From IMG/VR virus record IMGVR_UViG_3300006213_001191, positions 2,099-66,098 of that record: a stretch of DNA of 64,000 nt, one strand, 5' to 3'. The number at the start of each line of letters is the position of its first letter. Within the stretch, counting starts at the first letter, position 1. Positions 10,575 through 19,172 of this stretch are shown in pieces. Position numbers and translations under genes: made by a program. Under the pieces are notes generated by a model. That model did not search any database and was not told the DNA's origin. It saw nothing but the letters and a program-made list of their open reading frames with translations. The stretch comes from a virus (Duplodnaviria > Caudoviricetes).

Positions 10575-10696
10575 AACTTGTTTTCCTTTCATTGATATAT
10601 TTTTGTTTATTCCTAAACCCATAACAGGGACAGCCAAAATCAGACATTCCAGCTATCCCTTTTCCAATAGTCCCCAAATATCAAATTTTGTCTCCG

Positions 10697-11630
10697 CTAT
10701 GCCGCGCTGACAATCTGATATGCCCTGTCAATCATTGGATTTCCATCCATTGTACGGATAAAAAGATTCTCATTATAATTCGCGGTTCTGCGGAGAGGCT
10801 CAGAATGTGTGGCAAAATCAGATACCGCGTTGATAAAAATGATAAGCATTGTTTCCCACATTTTTCAAATCAGGAGCCTCATAATAGCGGCTTCTCATAT
10901 CTTCCCTTAATTTATGGAGATTCCTCATCTGCATAACAGTCGCGCCTTTTTCAGCAGGCAGAAGAAGCTCTATGTATTCCCTGACCTGCTTGTCGGTTAT
11001 TTTCTGACGGCGGAGTTTTTCAAAATCACTTCCAAGATTCTCCATATATTTATCTGCCAGAAAAAGCGTATCTTTTGCTTCCCGAATCTTACCCTTAATA
11101 TTTCCGGTATGAATCATGCTCCAGCTCCGCTTTGCAGTATTCAATGCAAGATTCAGCGTGTTGTTGCATACTACCCTGACCGGCGTAACAGCAACCCTGA
11201 CCGCACCGGAACCGTCATGCGTATTGCTGAATATCAGATACGGGCTGATTCTTTCGCCCGAAATAATAAATTCCCTCGGAAGCCTTGCAAGAAGCCATAC
11301 CTTTCTGCCGCCCTGCAGAGAACCTGCTGTTTCATATCTGACACCATATCCCAGAAGTTCATCTGTAAACGCAAACGCTTCGTGATTTTGGATAATCTTA
11401 TACCTGTCTGTTACCACACCGAGCACACGCTGGTCGGTATCCCTGACATTGGCTTTGTAACCCTCTACTATTCCATTCGTTTTTGTGTAAATCGGCATCT
11501 GGATTACTTTCCAGTCCAATCCCGCCAGATGCAGCGCCGCTTCTGACTTTGGTGCCTCCTCTACCCTTGTTCCCAGACCATGCCAAGGTTTTTCTCTTGT
11601 GTAAAACATTGTTTCTGCATTTGCTGCCAT
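10697..11630 (-). pseudogene. DUF932-family protein with a +1 frameshift in a T5 run near 10835
   Basis: MAANAETMFYTREKPWHGLG...FSNTHDGSGAV..TPVRVVCNNTL; the conserved C-terminus FINAVSDFATHSEPLRRTANYNENLF...AYQIVSAA continues in another frame to TAG 10697. Confidence 0.85.
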
Positions 11631-11633
11631 AAC

Positions 11634-11708
11634 TTATTTCCCCTTTCCTCTTAATTCATTCCAAACAACTATGATTGTGCTTAATACCGCAAAAATAATT
11701 TTCTGCAT
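11634..11708 (-). CDS. 24-aa hydrophobic peptide MQKIIFAVLSTIIVVWNELRGKGK
   Basis: RBS GGAGG; coupled to the DUF932 start. Confidence 0.5.
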   Translation of the reverse strand: MQKIIFAVLSTIIVVWNELRGKGK

Positions 11709-11725
11709 TTCCTATCCTCCTTGTG

Positions 11726-11923
11726 TTAATCCAGCTTCTTTTCAATGACTACCGCTATATCATTCAGCAGGGTAATTGCCTTTTCCAGCGCTGCTTCCAA
11801 AACAACGCACACAGCAGGCGGAATCTCCTTTACAGATGAATTTTCCAGCATAATCAGATTGTCTCGGATGCCGTTCATAAGCTGCTCTGCCTCGTGAATC
11901 TTGTCTAAATCTTTCAATTCCAT
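11726..11923 (-). CDS. Hypothetical protein
   Basis: RBS AGGAGGTG before ATG 11923. Confidence 0.7.
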   Translation of the reverse strand: MELKDLDKIHEAEQLMNGIRDNLIMLENSSVKEIPPAVCVVLEAALEKAITLLNDIAVVIEKKLD

Positions 11924-12171
11924 AAGTTTCACCTCCTTTCTGATTTCAGGCATAAAGAAAGAGGCAGAGCATTTTCTGCTCCACCTCTGTTTACAGGTTT
12001 CTCTGTGTGTATTGACTACCAGTATTATTTTACCGCAGGCACAATTGCTTTTATTTATTTTTTTACTGGTATCTATTTCCCTATCTGATAAGATATTACA
12101 TAACCAGAAAAGGAAAGTTTTCGTTATGTCAAAGCTTTGGGCTGTTTTAAATAATACAAAATACGAAAGAA

Positions 12172-13881
12172 TTAAGCATCTTTATAATATGTCTTATACA
12201 AAACTCCATCAATATAAAAATCAATCGTATATAAATCCCCATACCAGTATACATCAAGCACAGCTCTGCGGCCGTCAGCATCGATACTGTAATATTCGCC
12301 ATTTTCATATATCAAATCGCCATACCAGTCCGTATTATAATGGTTTCCTCCCTCAGATATAGATTCCGATAGTATAAAACCAATCACATTCCCATTTGGA
12401 GAATCATATATCTCTATATCCATACTATCTGGAAATTCTGACTGGGGAGTGTCCTCTGCTTTGCTGTATGTTCCTGCTAACAGCCTATATTCTTCATTTA
12501 ATATTTCCTGAAGAATATTCTCCCATCCGCTGCTTCCTTCAAAAATATCTGCCGTTCCGTCACCATTAAGAATAATCGTTGCACCGCTGCTGTCATAATC
12601 ATTAAAATCCATGTCGTAAAATTCTATCATATTGCCTTCTGAATCTTTAATTGCAAAATCCCACTTTGTCTGGCTGGTTTCATATGTAAAATCAACCTGA
12701 AATGCTGACAGATATTCCAGTATATCAAGCTCCAGAATATCTTCCTCCCAGTTATTTGTATCTGCCGCCGAAGCATATAAAGAATAAATATCCACACCGA
12801 TATTATTCACAAATGTAATCGGTACTGTAACTACACCTTCTTTTTGGGATATTGCAGTATCAGTTTCCGGGTTTTGTGATTCTGGATTTTTCGATTCTTG
12901 GTTTTTCGGTTCCTGACTTTGTGACTTTTTCGATAAACTGTAATCATAGTACATTTCATCAAGCGCTTCATTAATATCATCTGCTTCTTTTATCTGATTA
13001 CCTTCTATAACCAGATATACATTTCCCAGTTCCTTATTCTTTATAGAATCGTTTTCAAGCTGGAACTGTATTATATTCTTTTCATCTAATTTATATTGTA
13101 CGACACGTGTTGCTCTTTCAAATTCATCCCCTCCTACAAAGCTGCTCCATTTACCGCCCTTCCAGTGATATTCTAAAATCTGTTTTAATGTAATGCTATC
13201 TTCCATTAATTCATAATTTTGTATATAGCTGAGTTTTTCATTATCATTATTAGATGTTTTTATCATACTGACTATCATGCATATGCCAATAAGTATAAGC
13301 AGCCCTGTATGTAATTTTGATATGTATTTATGTATATTTCCTTTAAAATTAATATCGCATTTTATATCTTCAATAAATTTTTTTACTTTTTTGCCAGAAT
13401 TGGAATAAAATATAACAGAACCTTTGCTCGATGCAATCTCTACTTTTTTATTGACAAAACCTCCAATAATTACAATCGCCCAGTAAATAATATAAATTAA
13501 AAGATAACCAGCTAAATGAAGGTCAATAAAAGAAAGACATAGCACTATTATAAAAAATGCTAAAATCGCAACAGGCGCTAACATGGTACACATATTGATA
13601 CTTTGTATGTTTTCAATCTCAATCTCTCCTATACAGCCCTGTTTTTTTGAAACAGGAGAAACCTTCAATATATTATTTCCGAGTTCTGCTTCATATTGCT
13701 TTTCTGATTTTGAAATTATTTTCTTTGAGAGAAAAGTGTACTTCTTTTTCTGTTCTGTTTCTGAATCCTTTTCTTTTTTTAAGAAATCTTTTTCATTCAT
13801 TTCCTCCTGCAAAGATAAACTTATTCCGCAATTCGGGCAGAAATTCCCGTCAATCTCAGCTCCACAGTTTTTACATTTCAT
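12172..13881 (-). CDS. Zinc-ribbon membrane protein with large extracellular acidic domains
   Basis: MKCKNCGAEIDGNFCPNCG; three hydrophobic helices. Confidence 0.85.
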   Translation of the reverse strand: MKCKNCGAEIDGNFCPNCGISLSLQEEMNEKDFLKKEKDSETEQKKKYTFLSKKIISKSEKQYEAELGNNILKVSPVSKKQGCIGEIEIENIQSINMCTMLAPVAILAFFIIVLCLSFIDLHLAGYLLIYIIYWAIVIIGGFVNKKVEIASSKGSVIFYSNSGKKVKKFIEDIKCDINFKGNIHKYISKLHTGLLILIGICMIVSMIKTSNNDNEKLSYIQNYELMEDSITLKQILEYHWKGGKWSSFVGGDEFERATRVVQYKLDEKNIIQFQLENDSIKNKELGNVYLVIEGNQIKEADDINEALDEMYYDYSLSKKSQSQEPKNQESKNPESQNPETDTAISQKEGVVTVPITFVNNIGVDIYSLYASAADTNNWEEDILELDILEYLSAFQVDFTYETSQTKWDFAIKDSEGNMIEFYDMDFNDYDSSGATIILNGDGTADIFEGSSGWENILQEILNEEYRLLAGTYSKAEDTPQSEFPDSMDIEIYDSPNGNVIGFILSESISEGGNHYNTDWYGDLIYENGEYYSIDADGRRAVLDVYWYGDLYTIDFYIDGVLYKTYYKDA

Positions 13882-13908
13882 GGTATTTCCTCCTTATAAA
13901 ATAGTATT

Positions 13909-14889
13909 TTATGACTCAAATGCTTCCTCAAAATAATAATATTCATCTATCTCTTGTCCATCTATTTCAATCATAATAAATGAATTTCCTTGTTCATTTC
14001 CAATATAATAAGTTAAAGTTTTACCACTACTTTCATCCATCCCTTTATATGTATATTTATCTAATGGCTCAACAATTGTCTTATATACAACACCATTATA
14101 CAATACCTCAATATTTCCAACCATATTTGAATCTATAGATGAATATACTGAAAAAATTAAATTATTATATTCATTTACACTTCCATTATATTTTCCTGCA
14201 TAATAACTCGCATAGATATTGCCATTCTCATCATAAATGAAATCTTTGTTCAAATTATTGTCTATATACAATGTATCATCTTTTAACACTACAATAACAT
14301 CACCAAACTCTACTTCGATTACCGAAACTGTATTTGGATCAATATTTAAATATATAGTCCCTGTAGCTTTTCTATCGGCAGATACAGTAGCACTAAAATA
14401 TTCACCATGGCTACTGATTCCATATAATTGGTCTACAGCATATTCATCCGCATATACTTTAAACATTGAAGCGGTAATTGCAAATGTTTCACTTCCAGTA
14501 TTTTCGGTATTAACTATAAAATAACAATAAATACTGTTATCATAATTGTAATCATATCCCCATTCTGTTATTGTGATAGATTGTCTTGCCCCATTCTCAG
14601 CTTCCATATTAAAAGTTTCCCCTACATGATATCTATCATCTATTATATTTGAAGAAATTGTTTCTTTTTCACTATTATTAAATGATGTTATAGATTCATT
14701 TATCGTCTCCTTTTCATTATTATCAGATGATATCACAGATGTATTGCTTTTTGTTACTTTATCTGTAACAGTAACATTATTTGTTGATGTATCACTAAAC
14801 ATACCAATTATTCCAAATACAACTACTATTGCAATCACTATTATTAAAATCTTTTTTATCTTCATGCCTAATCTCTCCTGTTTTAACAA
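13909..14889 (-). CDS. Membrane-anchored DUF4352-like protein
   Basis: N-terminal TM, S/T/N-rich linker, YHVGETF..VNTENTGSETFAITASMFKVYAD..SADRKATGTIY. Confidence 0.7.
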   Translation of the reverse strand: MLKQERLGMKIKKILIIVIAIVVVFGIIGMFSDTSTNNVTVTDKVTKSNTSVISSDNNEKETINESITSFNNSEKETISSNIIDDRYHVGETFNMEAENGARQSITITEWGYDYNYDNSIYCYFIVNTENTGSETFAITASMFKVYADEYAVDQLYGISSHGEYFSATVSADRKATGTIYLNIDPNTVSVIEVEFGDVIVVLKDDTLYIDNNLNKDFIYDENGNIYASYYAGKYNGSVNEYNNLIFSVYSSIDSNMVGNIEVLYNGVVYKTIVEPLDKYTYKGMDESSGKTLTYYIGNEQGNSFIMIEIDGQEIDEYYYFEEAFES

Positions 14890-15053
14890 ATTAAATTTTG
14901 CTTAAATATACATCTTTAAAAACATCAAGATTTTATATATTTCTATAAATATTTTTTACTTTCTCAAAAATATAATATTTATTCCGATAACCTTTAATCA
15001 TTATATATGTAAGTTTATCTCTAAATCTTTGATATTTTATTACTATAAAGGAG

Positions 15054-15359
15054 GTGTCTATAATGAATATCGGAAACCGTATCACTTATTTCAGGACACA
15101 AAAAGGATACTCTGTTAATAAACTTGCTAATTTAGCTGGAATCTCCCAAAGTTATCTTCGTGACATTGAATTAGAAAATAAAAATCCTACTATAGAGATT
15201 ATTTCTTGTTTATGTGATACTTTTGGAATCTCACTTAAAGATTTTTTTGATGAAAACGCTGCTGCCAGCCTTGCCGACGACCCTTTGGTACAACGGATTT
15301 ACCAGCTTTCTCCAAAACAGAGAGAAACCTTATTAGCCTTCCTGAATACAATAAAATAA
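15054..15359 (+). CDS. XRE-family HTH repressor
   Basis: RTQKGYSVNKLANLAGISQSYLRDIELENKNPT. Confidence 0.93.
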   Translation: MSIMNIGNRITYFRTQKGYSVNKLANLAGISQSYLRDIELENKNPTIEIISCLCDTFGISLKDFFDENAAASLADDPLVQRIYQLSPKQRETLLAFLNTIK

Positions 15360-15365
15360 GAAAAC

Positions 15366-15404
15366 GCTTCCGATAAATGCTTTTCATTTACCGGAAGCAT
15401 TTTT
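15366..15404 (+). terminator. Rho-independent terminator
   Basis: GCTTCCGATAAATG-CTTTT-CATTTACCGGAAGC followed by ATTTTT. Confidence 0.75.
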
Positions 15405-15660
15405 GTTATATCTACCATTTATTTAGTTAGCTACATATTTACTCTACTATACATTTATAATAATTTAATACTTTTCAATTTACAAAACTTATTTTTGTTT
15501 TGTATTTATCAAAATATTCTTTTTATTATGATTTTCAATATTAGACAAATCCTCCTGTACTAATAACTCTTTTAATACATATCCCCATTTACCTCCTAGC
15601 AGAATTTTCCATTTGTACCTTTTCACAATCTAAATCAAATTGCTATTTTATTTTAACCTA

Positions 15661-15693
15661 TATAGATATAATTGTCAATATCTATAGATATAA
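15661..15693. promoter_or_regulatory. Operator-like inverted/direct repeat
   Basis: TATAGATAT(15661-69)/ATATCTATA(15678-86); TATAGATATAA occurs twice. Confidence 0.4.
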
Positions 15694-15929
15694 CTTTTTT
15701 GATTTTCTTATTCCTATTACTATCTTACTGACAAACTTTATAACTTTGGATTAGAATTTATGTTCTAATAAAAATGCTTTTACAAAACCAAAAATATATT
15801 CATGTTAAAAAATAAAAAAACAGAGGTTCTGATAGCTATATTTCTATCAAAAACTCTGTTTTTAACATATTCTTTTTTACTTTCTAACTCTATTTATTTT
15901 CCTGCGCTTTCAAACGTTTTTCTAACTGT

Positions 15930-16127
15930 TCATTTGATTTTCAATAAGAAAATTAGAACCAGAATAGAACCACAGATAAAAACTAACGCCATAAATACAG
16001 GCTTCCAGCGATTGTATCCGTTATTCGAACTCGATTTCCTATTGGCATTTCTATGTACATTCAATACCGTAAAATCTTTGAAAGCCGTATTATTTTTGAG
16101 TGTGTCCGCATTTTCCATACATTCCAC
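15930..16127 (-). CDS. Small protein with C-terminal TM helix
   Basis: KPVFMALVFICGSILVLIFLLKIK. Confidence 0.5.
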   Translation of the reverse strand: MECMENADTLKNNTAFKDFTVLNVHRNANRKSSSNNGYNRWKPVFMALVFICGSILVLIFLLKIK

Positions 16128-16211
16128 ATAGTTATAAATCTCACACCAATCTCACAGCTTTATCTCTATAACATCTTCAATATCACATTGTAACTCTTGG
16201 CAAATACTCTT

Positions 16212-16661
16212 TTAACAAATAGTTTCTAATCTAAATGATATATTATTTTTTCTAAAGCATTGAATGATGTATTCTGCATTCATTTGAGTAATTTTATAAG
16301 CCTTTTCTTTTGTTGGATAATTATAAGTTTTGTTATATCCTTTTTCTACACTATCATACTGTAAAATAAAAAATGTTTCAAGAGCTTTCATCTGTCTACT
16401 TGTGCCTACCTCATCTAGTAGACATAATGTTTTAATCTCAAATTCATGCCCTATATTAAAATCTTTCTGCATTTCTTCTATAACATGATTTCCTTTTCTT
16501 AAAGAATAATAATGACCTGCCACTCGATGAACTGCATCTACAGAATATCCCACATAAATTTTACTATTACTCAGATTTTTTATCATATAGACACATGAAA
16601 CAGCTATATTTGCAATTATATCTCCTATATTTATTTCCTTAGTCTGATTTGATATCTTCAT
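16212..16661 (-). CDS. GIY-YIG nuclease family protein
   Basis: SCVYMIKNLSNSKIYVGYS..RVAGH..LETFFILQYDSVEKGYN. Confidence 0.85.
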   Translation of the reverse strand: MKISNQTKEINIGDIIANIAVSCVYMIKNLSNSKIYVGYSVDAVHRVAGHYYSLRKGNHVIEEMQKDFNIGHEFEIKTLCLLDEVGTSRQMKALETFFILQYDSVEKGYNKTYNYPTKEKAYKITQMNAEYIIQCFRKNNISFRLETIC

Positions 16662-16851
16662 ATTCTAATAACTCCCCTACTGTACAATGAAACATCTGAC
16701 AAAGTTTTTCAATAGTGTTATAGTCAATTCTAGCCGCCTTATCATTATATAAATTTGCTACTGTATTTCTTGCCAATCCCGTCTCATTGCACACATCTTG
16801 TATTTTCTTTCTGTCTCTGCCCATAAGTAGCGATAAATTACACTTCACCAT
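16639..16851 (-). CDS. Cro/C1-type (HTH_26-like) regulator
   Basis: KIQDVCNETGLARNTV..IDYNTIEKLCQMFHCTVGELLEY. Confidence 0.9.
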   Translation of the reverse strand: MVKCNLSLLMGRDRKKIQDVCNETGLARNTVANLYNDKAARIDYNTIEKLCQMFHCTVGELLEYEDIKSD

Positions 16852-16945
16852 GACATATACCTCCTAATTTTTTCTATTATACCCTTTTATTTTTTGAATG
16901 TCAACTAATTTGATTAACTTTCTGAAAATTTTAATCAAAAAACTA

Positions 16946-16973
16946 TTGACAATCCCGCTACATATGTTAATAT
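16946..16973 (+). promoter_or_regulatory. Putative sigma70 promoter for the amidoligase operon
   Basis: TTGACA at 16946 and TG-n-TAATAT. Confidence 0.5.
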
Positions 16974-17033
16974 ATAAACATCAGAAAGATAATCAATTTA
17001 ATCAATATATTAATCATTTAGGAGGACAAAAAC

Positions 17034-17960
17034 ATGTTAAAAAATCAATTATTTGGAGTAGAAGTAGAAATGACAGGTATCACAAGAAAAAAGGCTGCTA
17101 TGATTGTTGCGAATGTTCTTGAAACTTCACCTTCAAGAGCTGACAGCACTTGCTATTGCACACGCACTATTACCGACCAAGCATCTCGCAAATGGAAAAT
17201 CATGATAGATTCTTCTATAAATCCTCAAAGAAACGATGATAGCTTAGAAGCTCTGGATGAATACCGAGTAGAATTTGTTACCCCGCCTCTTGAGTATAAG
17301 GATATAGAACTTCTTCAAAACATCATTCGGGAACTGCGTAAAAATGGAGCAAAAACAGATAATAGCTGTGGCATACATATTCATATAGACGGAGCAAACC
17401 ATAATCCACAATCACTTAGACGGTTAATAAATTTTACAATCGCTCGACAGGATTTAATATATGAAGCCCTTGAAATTCAAAGCCGTGCAAATCATTGGTG
17501 CCATAAATTAAATAGTGCCCTGCTTACTGAAATGAAAAAAGATAAAAACCTTTCAAAAGAAAAAGCAGAAGAAATTTGGTATAGCAGCGCCAATGATGGA
17601 TACTCAGATGGTATTAATCATCAACATTATAATCGTACCCGTTATCATGGAGTAAATCTTCACAGCTATTTTTCTAAAGGCACCGTAGAATTTAGACTTT
17701 TTAACAGCACTCTTCATGCAGGAAAAATCAAAGCATATATTCAGTTTTGCTTAGCAATATCCGCATGGGCTATCACATCACAGGAAAAAATTGTATTCCG
17801 TTCTATGGCTGGCTACACCGCAGAACAGAAAGTTACAATAATGAGAAATATTCTTACCCGTCGGTTGGGACTTTATGGAGATGAATTTAAAACCTGCCGT
17901 CTCCACCTTATGACACCATTAAAGAAAGCCGCAGGAATGACCTGCAAAACAGCTGCATAA
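17034..17960 (+). CDS. Amidoligase family (Amidoligase_2-like) protein
   Basis: FGVEVEMTG, WKIMIDSSI, VEFVTPPL, SCGIHIHID, RYHGVNL, GTVEFRLFNSTL. Confidence 0.92.
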   Translation: MLKNQLFGVEVEMTGITRKKAAMIVANVLETSPSRADSTCYCTRTITDQASRKWKIMIDSSINPQRNDDSLEALDEYRVEFVTPPLEYKDIELLQNIIRELRKNGAKTDNSCGIHIHIDGANHNPQSLRRLINFTIARQDLIYEALEIQSRANHWCHKLNSALLTEMKKDKNLSKEKAEEIWYSSANDGYSDGINHQHYNRTRYHGVNLHSYFSKGTVEFRLFNSTLHAGKIKAYIQFCLAISAWAITSQEKIVFRSMAGYTAEQKVTIMRNILTRRLGLYGDEFKTCRLHLMTPLKKAAGMTCKTAA

Positions 17961-18008
17961 TAAAACACTTGCTGACCTATCGGCATAACGGGGAAATAGG
18001 AGAAAAAG

Positions 18009-18206
18009 ATGAAAGCATATGGAATGATTGCGCAAATAGAAAAAGGACGACATTATGCATCTGATGATGTATACATAAAAAACTGCCGTTTAAATAATGG
18101 AAAACATCGACACCAACGTGTTCGCCGACATAAAAGAATTTACAATCATATTGAACGGTCAAGGTCAAAAGCAATTTTAAACAAAGAATTACAAAATTGG
18201 AGGTAA
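18009..18206 (+). CDS. Small basic hypothetical protein
   Basis: RBS AGGAG; lies between amidoligase and GGCT. Confidence 0.65.
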   Translation: MKAYGMIAQIEKGRHYASDDVYIKNCRLNNGKHRHQRVRRHKRIYNHIERSRSKAILNKELQNWR

Positions 18207-18216
18207 ATATAATATT

Positions 18217-18660
18217 ATGGAAAAATTGTATATTGCTTATGGAAGTAACTTAAACTTATCACAAATGGCTGTTAGATGCCCATCCGCAAAAGTTTACGCA
18301 AAAGGAATATTAAATAACTGGAAACTTGTTTATAGGGGTAGGAAATTAAATGCACATGCCACAATAATAAGAAAGCAGGATTCTATTGTTCCAGTTCTTG
18401 TCTGGAAGATTTCTACTGAAGATGAAAAGAAACTAGATATTTATGAAGGTTATCCACATTATTACTTTAAAAAGAATATTATGGTGTATATTAATGGAAA
18501 GAAAAAGAAGGCAATGGCATATATTATGAATGAAAACCAGCTTCCCGGAAAACCTTCTGACCGGTATATTCAAACTATTTTACAGGGATATATTGATAAT
18601 GATATGGATGTTACTATCCTAAAAAAATCTTTAGACTTAAATTGTATAGAATGTAAATAA
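18217..18660 (+). CDS. Gamma-glutamylcyclotransferase (AIG2-like) family protein
   Basis: LYIAYGSNLNLSQMAVRCP, LDIYEGYP, PSDRYIQTILQGY. Confidence 0.92.
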   Translation: MEKLYIAYGSNLNLSQMAVRCPSAKVYAKGILNNWKLVYRGRKLNAHATIIRKQDSIVPVLVWKISTEDEKKLDIYEGYPHYYFKKNIMVYINGKKKKAMAYIMNENQLPGKPSDRYIQTILQGYIDNDMDVTILKKSLDLNCIECK

Positions 18661-18674
18661 AATGCCTGCTACAA

Positions 18675-18701
18675 AAAGACGTTCATGTTGTGAACGTCTT
18701 T
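18675..18701. terminator. Terminator between convergent genes
   Basis: AAAGACGTTCA-TGTTG-TGAACGTCTTT perfect stem. Confidence 0.8.
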
Positions 18702-18724
18702 CCTTTGACAATAGTATTGCAGTA

Positions 18725-18979
18725 CTATTTGACTGATGGATTCTTAGGTTCTTTCGTTGTATGCGGCTTTTTTTTCAAATCGTCATCTCTTACAATTAAT
18801 TCGTCAAGTCTGCAACCTAAAGCTTTGCAAATCAGGTCCAAATGGTCAAGATTTACTCGGTCATTTAACTCATGGTACAACTCATTAATTGTATTTGGGC
18901 GTATGCCTGTTTTTCTTGCTAAATCAGCCTGCGTCAAACGTCTTTCCCCAAGTCTTGTCGATAATAAAATCCTTATCAT
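18725..18979 (-). CDS. Cro/C1-type (HTH_26-like) regulator
   Basis: LTQADLARKTGIRPNTINELY..LDLICKALGCRLDELI. Confidence 0.92.
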   Translation of the reverse strand: MIRILLSTRLGERRLTQADLARKTGIRPNTINELYHELNDRVNLDHLDLICKALGCRLDELIVRDDDLKKKPHTTKEPKNPSVK

Positions 18980-19133
18980 ACGTCTTGCTCCTTCCGTTAT
19001 AAGATAACACCATTGAAATTAAAATGGTGAATTTTGTTATTTTATAACGGAATATGATATAGAGATTGTATGGGATGTTGAATATAGGCGATATATAGCA
19101 AATTTTCCAACAAAAAAATTTTTTACAAAACAA

Positions 19134-19169
19134 ATAAGCTTCTTGAAATTGATAATTCAAGAAGCTTAT
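19134..19169 (-). terminator. Terminator of the CRISPR mini-array transcript
   Basis: 14-bp perfect stem ATAAGCTTCTTGAA/TTCAAGAAGCTTAT followed on the minus strand by TTGTTTTG. Confidence 0.75.
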
Positions 19170-19172
19170 CTT

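Larger units (their letters stand above)
1..11953 (-). mobile_element. Integrative satellite-like / IME-like element (boundaries approximate, left end outside window)
   Basis: Integrase + xis + primase-helicase + Rep-like gene + recombination cluster; no virion genes. Confidence 0.6.
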
